From NCBI GenBank assembly GCA_050250935.1, contig JBFWNS010000002.1, positions 1 to 64,000 on the forward strand: a DNA stretch of 64,000 nucleotides. The letters run 5' to 3'. A model generated the notes under the pieces. It ran no database searches and was not told where the DNA came from. It worked only from the letters and a program-made list of their open reading frames with translations. Source of the DNA: Candidatus Margulisiibacteriota bacterium. Lineage in GTDB: Bacteria > Margulisbacteria > Marinamargulisbacteria > JBFWNS01. Of the stretch, positions 58,513 to 64,000 are shown piece after piece; positions within the stretch are counted from its first letter, which is position 1; each line of letters starts with the position of its first letter. Position numbers and translations under genes: made by a program.

Positions 58513-59811
58513 CTAAAGTAAAGTCCCTTTCAAAATCAAGCTCGCAATCGAGAAATACAAAATCAGTCCCGTTACATCCACCAAGGTGGCCACAAAGGGG
58601 GTGGATGCACTGGCCGGGTCGAATTTAAGCTTTCGCAATCCAAAGGGCAGCATGGAGCCCGCGATGGTTCCCCACAGCACAACCCCGACCAAACTTAAGC
58701 CTACCGTGGCGGCAACCAGTAAAAAATGGGTCCCATAATAGCCGCCCACATAGTGCCACAAAATGATTCTTGCAAATCCAATCGAGCCCAAAATAGAGCC
58801 CATCAAAACACCGGCACCCAATTCGCGGCGAAGCACCCGCCACCAATCTCGCAACCGTACCTCGCCCAGGGCCATGGCCCGAATAACCAAGGTCGATGCT
58901 TGGGACCCAGAATTTCCCCCACTGCTGATAATCAGGGGCACAAACAACGCCAACACCACGGCTTTTGCGATTTCAGTTTCAAAAAAACCCATGGCTGTGG
59001 CGGTTAACATTTCACCAATAAACAAGGCCGCCAACCACCCCACCCTTTTTTGAACCATGGTGGCAAAATTAATTTTTAAATAGGGCTCTTCGAGGGCTTC
59101 TGTACCCCCAATTTTTTGGATGTCTTCGGTAGCCGATTCGTTGACAACGTCGACGATATCGTCAAAGGTTACAATCCCTTTCATGACATGGTTCGAATCG
59201 ACAACGGGCAAAGCAATCAGGTCGTGTTTGGAAAGAACCTGCCCCACTTCGTCCTCATTCATTTCTTCGGGAACGGCTATGACATCGCTACACATGACAT
59301 CTTCAACCCGACGGTCGGGTTGGCTGGCAAACAATTCTCGAAACGACACAACTCCCAACAGGTGTTGCCGAGAATCCAACACATAGGCATATTGAATGGT
59401 TTCCACATGGGGCGCTTGGATGCGCAAATAGCGAATGGCCTCGTCGATGGGCATTTCGGGGCGAACCCGGGCAAATCGGGGGCTCATGAGTCCGCCAGCC
59501 TCGTCTTCGGCATAGGCCATCAGCGCTGTTACTTCTTTTCGGGTAACTTGGTCCAACAGATTCAAAAACCGTTGGCGATCTTCTTCGGGGACTTCTTGAA
59601 TCAAATCCACGGCGTCATCGGGCTCCAAAAGCCTAACCCAAAGCCGACGCTGCAAATGGGGCATCACCAACAATACCTCGGCCTGCTCTTTTGCAGTTAG
59701 GGTCAAAAACAGCTCTTCGGCTTCGGATCGGCTCAATTGATTAAACCAATTCAGCTTCTCTTCCATCGACCCATTGGTCCAAGATTCAGGTAATGTGGTG
59801 GGTTCTATCAT
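58513..59811 (-). CDS. mgtE: Magnesium transporter MgtE
   Basis: AGGLM CBS pair, DD..D, PLIISSGGNSGSQ, DPA.AS.PFVATLVDV.G. Confidence 0.96.
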   Translation of the reverse strand: MIEPTTLPESWTNGSMEEKLNWFNQLSRSEAEELFLTLTAKEQAEVLLVMPHLQRRLWVRLLEPDDAVDLIQEVPEEDRQRFLNLLDQVTRKEVTALMAYAEDEAGGLMSPRFARVRPEMPIDEAIRYLRIQAPHVETIQYAYVLDSRQHLLGVVSFRELFASQPDRRVEDVMCSDVIAVPEEMNEDEVGQVLSKHDLIALPVVDSNHVMKGIVTFDDIVDVVNESATEDIQKIGGTEALEEPYLKINFATMVQKRVGWLAALFIGEMLTATAMGFFETEIAKAVVLALFVPLIISSGGNSGSQASTLVIRAMALGEVRLRDWWRVLRRELGAGVLMGSILGSIGFARIILWHYVGGYYGTHFLLVAATVGLSLVGVVLWGTIAGSMLPFGLRKLKFDPASASTPFVATLVDVTGLILYFSIASLILKGTLL

Positions 59812-59899
59812 ACTTAGGATAGAAAAACATGAGGCTACAAAAAAAACAAGATACGCTATACTGGGAGCATCCCATTTTTTTGTTCATAAAGGAGGCGGC

Positions 59900-60433
59900 A
59901 TGAAAACGTTTAAAAAAGCGTTGATTGTTTTGGTTTTGTTTTTGGTGATTTTGGGTGTTATTGGATTGTTTCTGCCCAGTGTTTGGTCGGTTCAACGGTC
60001 CATTACAGTCAATGCACCGGCATCAAAAGTTTTTCCTTATATTAACAATTTTAAAACAGGCTGGCCGCAATGGAGTGCGTTTGATTCTATGGGCGGCGCG
60101 GTTTACACCTATTCGGGTCCCGAAGAAGGCATTGGCGCATCCAGAAGTTGGGTTTCGAAACAAGGCGATGGCCAACAAACCATGACCAAGTCCGACGAAA
60201 ACACGGGCATCGAATACGAAATCGCCATGGCCAATGGGGTGAATATCACAGGTACACTAGCCCTGAGCTCCGAAGGCGATACAACCACCATCACATTTAC
60301 CGATATGGGCAATAATGGCGGCAACATTGTTCATAAATACCTAAGTCTGGTCATCCAAAAAATGATTGGTAAAACCATGGACACCAGCCTCCAAAATCTT
60401 AAACAATTGGCAGAAGCCCCTACGCCGGAATAA
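59900..60433 (+). CDS. SRPBCC family protein
   Basis: AAGGAGG RBS; N-terminal TM, V.RSI.VNAP..KVF, W.QWS, G.GA. Confidence 0.85.
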   Translation: MKTFKKALIVLVLFLVILGVIGLFLPSVWSVQRSITVNAPASKVFPYINNFKTGWPQWSAFDSMGGAVYTYSGPEEGIGASRSWVSKQGDGQQTMTKSDENTGIEYEIAMANGVNITGTLALSSEGDTTTITFTDMGNNGGNIVHKYLSLVIQKMIGKTMDTSLQNLKQLAEAPTPE

Positions 60434-60487
60434 AAAGCCCCTTTGTTTGGGGGCCTTTAACCGTGGCTTCCCACAGACATCTTTTTT

Positions 60488-60515
60488 TGCAATTTTTTTT
60501 TTATTGATTCGATAA
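60488..60515 (+). promoter_or_regulatory. FliA/sigma28-like promoter
   Basis: TGCAA-N15-TTCGATAA, 36 nt upstream of ATG 60552. Confidence 0.6.
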
Positions 60516-60551
60516 AGAAGTGAGCAAATTAACTGATGTGGGAGGCCCAAC

Positions 60552-60794
60552 ATGTCTCTGTCTGATTCAAAACACGTTTTAAAAATTTTAGAAGCAACTG
60601 GATTGAAACTGACCCAAGAAACCGGAGGCCAATTTTTGGGCTCGTTTTTGGTTATCGAACCCCTGGAAAAAGGCTTGAACTATTACCGGGGCCAAACCGA
60701 GGATCAAAAAGATATCCTCTTTATTAGCCCCGACATTTTCCTTCGTACTGTTCAAATGACCGAGTCATCGCTCAGTATGAAGTTGTTTGGCTAA
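60552..60794 (+). CDS. Hypothetical 80-aa protein
   Basis: GGAGG RBS, own promoter motif, convergent with deaD. Confidence 0.65.
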   Translation: MSLSDSKHVLKILEATGLKLTQETGGQFLGSFLVIEPLEKGLNYYRGQTEDQKDILFISPDIFLRTVQMTESSLSMKLFG

Positions 60795-62455
60795 AGGCTT
60801 ACAGTTACCTTTCGGCCTTTAACGCTGTTCTGGTTCATCACCCGCAGCACGTCTTGGACCACTTCGGAAGGAACATCCACCAAGGTGTAGTCGTGTTTTA
60901 GGGTGATTCGACCGATGGATTTACCTTCGATTCCGGTTTCACCAGCAATGGCTCCCACAAAATCGCCGATGCGAACCCCGTCTCTTTCGCCGATGCTGAA
61001 TCGCACAGCCGTCATACCTTGTCTTGAGCGATGGCCGCCACCTTGTCCTTGATAGCCAGAACCCCCATAGGGCTTTTTGCCATAGGATTGGCCGCCCCCT
61101 TGATAGCCACCTCGGCGATCGTGGAAAGACTCTTGAGCCGCTTTGGCCAAGGTATCCACTTCTTTTTCGGGGCCCATGTTCATTTTAAGCAGGGCCGCTG
61201 CAATATCGAGAAGATTTAGATCTTGGGCCAGCAACGCATCCAACATGCGGGCATATTTTTCGAGCTCTTCAGTCTCGATGGTGGCTTTGACTTTATCCAA
61301 AAAGATCGTTCGCTTCATTTCGTGAACTTCGTTAAGGGTTGGGACGGCTTCTCTGCGCAAGCGAATTTTGGCATAGCGCTGAATGTCGTTTAAGCGGTAC
61401 ATGTCTCGGCCAGAGGCAAAGGTAAAGGCTTTTCCAGAGCGCCCTGCCCTACCTGTTCGGCCAATGCGGTGCACATAGGTTTCTTCGTCTTGAGGCATGT
61501 CGTAGTTGAAAACGGCCTCAACATCGTCCACATCGATACCCCGTGCGGCAACGTCGGTGGCCACCAAAATATCGATGATGCCTTGGCGAAACTTGTTCAT
61601 GACCGTGTCGCGTTGGCCTTGCTTCATGTCGCCATGAAGACCATCGGCAAAGTACCCTCGGGCTTGAAGATGGGAAACCACTTCGTCGACTTCGCGTTTG
61701 GTATTGCAAAACACCAGGGCTAGTTTCAAGCTGTGAACGTCGATCAGACGAGAAAGCAATTCAACTTTCATGTTCGACCGAACCTCAAAATAACATTGAT
61801 CAATTTTGGGAACCGTAAGTTCGGTGTGAGCCACTTTTACGGTTACGGGGTCTTTTTGGTAGCGTTTGGTCAAATCCAAAATTTCTTTTGCCATGGTGGC
61901 CGAAAAAAACACGGTTTGGCGCTCGGTGCTGGTTTTGCCCAAAATCCATTCAATGTCGTCTCGGAAACCCATGTCGAGCATTTCGTCGGCCTCGTCCAAA
62001 ACCACGGTGTTGATGTGATCCAAAACCACGGTGCCCCGCTCCATGTGGTCCATCACCCGGCCTGGCGTACCGATGATGACATGAACCCCTTTGCGAAGGG
62101 CCGCAAACTGACGCTCGATGGGTTGTCCCCCATACACGGGAACAATATTAAGGCCTCGCTTGTATTTGGCCAATTTCATGAGCTCTTCAGAGACTTGAAT
62201 GGCCAATTCGCGGGTTGGGCACAAAATTAGAGCTTGTGTTTTACGGGTACTGGTATCGATTTTTTCCAACACGGGAATCCCGAAAGCAGCGGTTTTACCC
62301 GTACCCGTTTGGGACTGCCCCAGCACATCCAAGCCATCCAACAACACCGGAATCGCCTGAGACTGAATGGGCGACGCTTCTTCAAAGCCCATGTCCTCGA
62401 TGGCACGGTGCAGCTCTGATGAGAGTGGAAGTGAACTAAAAGTCACTTTATCCAT
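60791..62455 (-). CDS. deaD: DEAD-box RNA helicase with DbpA-type RNA-binding C-terminus
   Basis: QTGTGKT, PTRELA, DEAD, SAT, ARGID, HRIGRTGRAG, GAIAGE; GGAGG RBS. Confidence 0.95.
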   Translation of the reverse strand: MDKVTFSSLPLSSELHRAIEDMGFEEASPIQSQAIPVLLDGLDVLGQSQTGTGKTAAFGIPVLEKIDTSTRKTQALILCPTRELAIQVSEELMKLAKYKRGLNIVPVYGGQPIERQFAALRKGVHVIIGTPGRVMDHMERGTVVLDHINTVVLDEADEMLDMGFRDDIEWILGKTSTERQTVFFSATMAKEILDLTKRYQKDPVTVKVAHTELTVPKIDQCYFEVRSNMKVELLSRLIDVHSLKLALVFCNTKREVDEVVSHLQARGYFADGLHGDMKQGQRDTVMNKFRQGIIDILVATDVAARGIDVDDVEAVFNYDMPQDEETYVHRIGRTGRAGRSGKAFTFASGRDMYRLNDIQRYAKIRLRREAVPTLNEVHEMKRTIFLDKVKATIETEELEKYARMLDALLAQDLNLLDIAAALLKMNMGPEKEVDTLAKAAQESFHDRRGGYQGGGQSYGKKPYGGSGYQGQGGGHRSRQGMTAVRFSIGERDGVRIGDFVGAIAGETGIEGKSIGRITLKHDYTLVDVPSEVVQDVLRVMNQNSVKGRKVTVSL

Positions 62456-62711
62456 AAAAAAACCTCCAGAAGGCAAAATAAGCCTTCGACACAAAAAATA
62501 TGCTGGGTAAAACGATGTGGGGATTACACAAGGCCTGCCGAAAACAGCTACTGCACTTTGCTGCGTTGGCCCTGAACTTAAAAAACAGTCATGGACTGTG
62601 AGGGGGAGAAACTCGGAAGAAGGGATTTCTACCGAGGAGGCTTCAAAAGCCTCGACTCATAAAGGGTTTAACGCAGAGATAATCGAACAAGGTCTTAACC
62701 GAACGGTGGGT

Positions 62712-62740
62712 AGAATATCAAGAATTTTGCAATTGAGCAA
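62712..62740 (-). promoter_or_regulatory. Sigma70-like promoter for deaD, implying a ~250-nt leader
   Basis: Minus strand TTGCTC-N17-TATTCT with TG extension. Confidence 0.5.
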
Positions 62741-62745
62741 CCAAG

Positions 62746-64000
62746 CTAGAGCTGCCGAGATGCCAAGGAAAAAAACAAGCCCCGTTGGGCCATCAATTCT
62801 GAGTAGGTGCCCGATTCGACAATTTGCCCTTTGTTCATCACCAAAATGCGGTCGGCATCAACAATGGTGCTTAAGCGATGGGCCACGACGATGCGGGTCA
62901 TGTTCAGCTGTGCGAGGTTGTCTCGGACAATGGCTTGAACCACGTTGTCCATGGCGCTAGTGGCTTCGTCGAGAAACAAAATTTTAGGGCGATGAATCAG
63001 GGCTCGGGCCAACATGAGTCGCTGCCGTTGTCCCCCAGAAAAGGTGGATCCCCCTTCCATAATGACGGTATGCATGCCCATGGGCAGTTGGTGAATATCT
63101 TGGTCGATGCCGGCCAATTTTGCGGCTTCCCAGGCATCTTCGAGTGTGTAGGGCGACGAACCGACAATATTGGTAAAAATGTCCCCCGCAATCAAGCGTG
63201 AATTTTGCAAGACCACCCCAAAATTTTGGCGAAGCAATTTTAAATTCAGATCGGCCATGTCTTGATCATCAAAATAAAGAGAACCAAACTGCGGTGAATC
63301 AAATCCGAGTAACAGTCGCAGCATCGTGCTCTTGCCAGATCCTGAAGGCCCGACAATGGCAATAAACTGCCCTGCCTCGGCCAAAAACGATACCTCTTTA
63401 AGCAGTTGTGGCATGCCGGGATAGGCGAACGACACTTGATTAACTTCTATTTTTCCATTTAATTCGGCAGGAATCACTTTGGCTTCGGTGACTTCTGGAC
63501 TGGTTACTAGAATGGGTTTAATCCGTTGCAACAAAGGCCCAATTTTGACAGCCCCAACCAAGACCGACAACATCATCATATTGGCGCTAACCAATTGGCC
63601 CAAGGCCGAATAAAATGCCAAAAAACGACCCGAGGTTAGCCCATCTTGGTCGGATGCCACAAAAAAGACGGCACAGGTTACCAGAAGCGGAAAAGCCGTC
63701 ATCAGCACCTGAAATTGAATGTTATTTTTCCCAACTTTTGAACCCAACCGTTTTTGGGTGACATAGCGACTGGCCCAAACCGAAAATGCCCGAACCTGGG
63801 CTCCAGCCACGCGAAGTTTGGCCACGCCAGTAATGAGTTGGTATACAAAGCCCGAGAGTTGGCCTTGAATCGTCAGTTGCTTGGCATACAGATCGACCTG
63901 TCGTTTAACCAAAAACAATCCCCCACCCAATAAAAGCACCATCAACCCCAATGCAACACAGGCCAAGGGAGGGCTAAACACAAACAAGAGCCCCAAATTA
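62746..64000 (-). CDS. ABC exporter, NHLM bacteriocin-system ATP-binding type (5' end outside window)
   Basis: G.AKLRVAGA..RAF..WA signature, GPSGSGKS, LPMGMHT, FSGGQRQR, DEATSA.DN. Confidence 0.8.
   Translation of the reverse strand, partial: NLGLLFVFSPPLACVALGLMVLLLGGGLFLVKRQVDLYAKQLTIQGQLSGFVYQLITGVAKLRVAGAQVRAFSVWASRYVTQKRLGSKVGKNNIQFQVLMTAFPLLVTCAVFFVASDQDGLTSGRFLAFYSALGQLVSANMMMLSVLVGAVKIGPLLQRIKPILVTSPEVTEAKVIPAELNGKIEVNQVSFAYPGMPQLLKEVSFLAEAGQFIAIVGPSGSGKSTMLRLLLGFDSPQFGSLYFDDQDMADLNLKLLRQNFGVVLQNSRLIAGDIFTNIVGSSPYTLEDAWEAAKLAGIDQDIHQLPMGMHTVIMEGGSTFSGGQRQRLMLARALIHRPKILFLDEATSAMDNVVQAIVRDNLAQLNMTRIVVAHRLSTIVDADRILVMNKGQIVESGTYSELMAQRGLFFSLASRQL

Noticed and set aside
59891..59900. 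GGAGGCGGCA matching the tRNA-Cys 3' end (possible att site)
   Set aside because: Only 10 bp, explained as the RBS and start of the SRPBCC gene; no integrase seen
62517..62960. 147-aa plus-strand ORF
   Set aside because: Overlaps the ABC gene antisense and the deaD leader; no recognisable protein features

Overview
Bacterial chromosomal window of a diderm, flagellated organism. SLH-tethered outer-membrane barrels, a long MlaD and an slr1659-like STAS protein would fit a Terrabacteria diderm such as Margulisiibacteriota, but that is inference, not a database result. 1-11.2 kb is an accessory region on the 3' side of tRNA-Cys. It holds an orphan Rhs toxin/immunity array with a second Rhs remnant, membrane and lipoprotein genes, and an R-S-E ADP-ribosyltransferase. 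Most of 11.4-27 kb and 41.5-64 kb is housekeeping or envelope genes: ispD, lipA, plsY, gpsA, a nadD-coaE fusion, motAB, mutY, hemJ, ileS, mutL, nadE, DAHP synthase, mlaEFD, pth, tRNA-fMet, mgtE, deaD and a partial NHLM-type ABC transporter. The best candidate for an undescribed system is 27.2-36.3 kb plus 38.3-41.5 kb. This operon encodes a stand-alone T9SS-CTD/FlgD-Ig-like protein, a PorV-like barrel, a phage-fibre-like adhesin with 174-bp repeats, a three-catalytic-domain GH18 hydrolase and barrel-SLH anchors; a third anchor paralogue lies downstream of leuB. The same FliA/sigma28-like promoter, TG(C/A)AATTT-N12-NNCGATAA, precedes this operon, the ADP-ribosyltransferase, a candidate ~90-nt sRNA with a C8 loop and an 80-aa orphan gene. 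All family calls come from motif recognition by eye; no searches were run.
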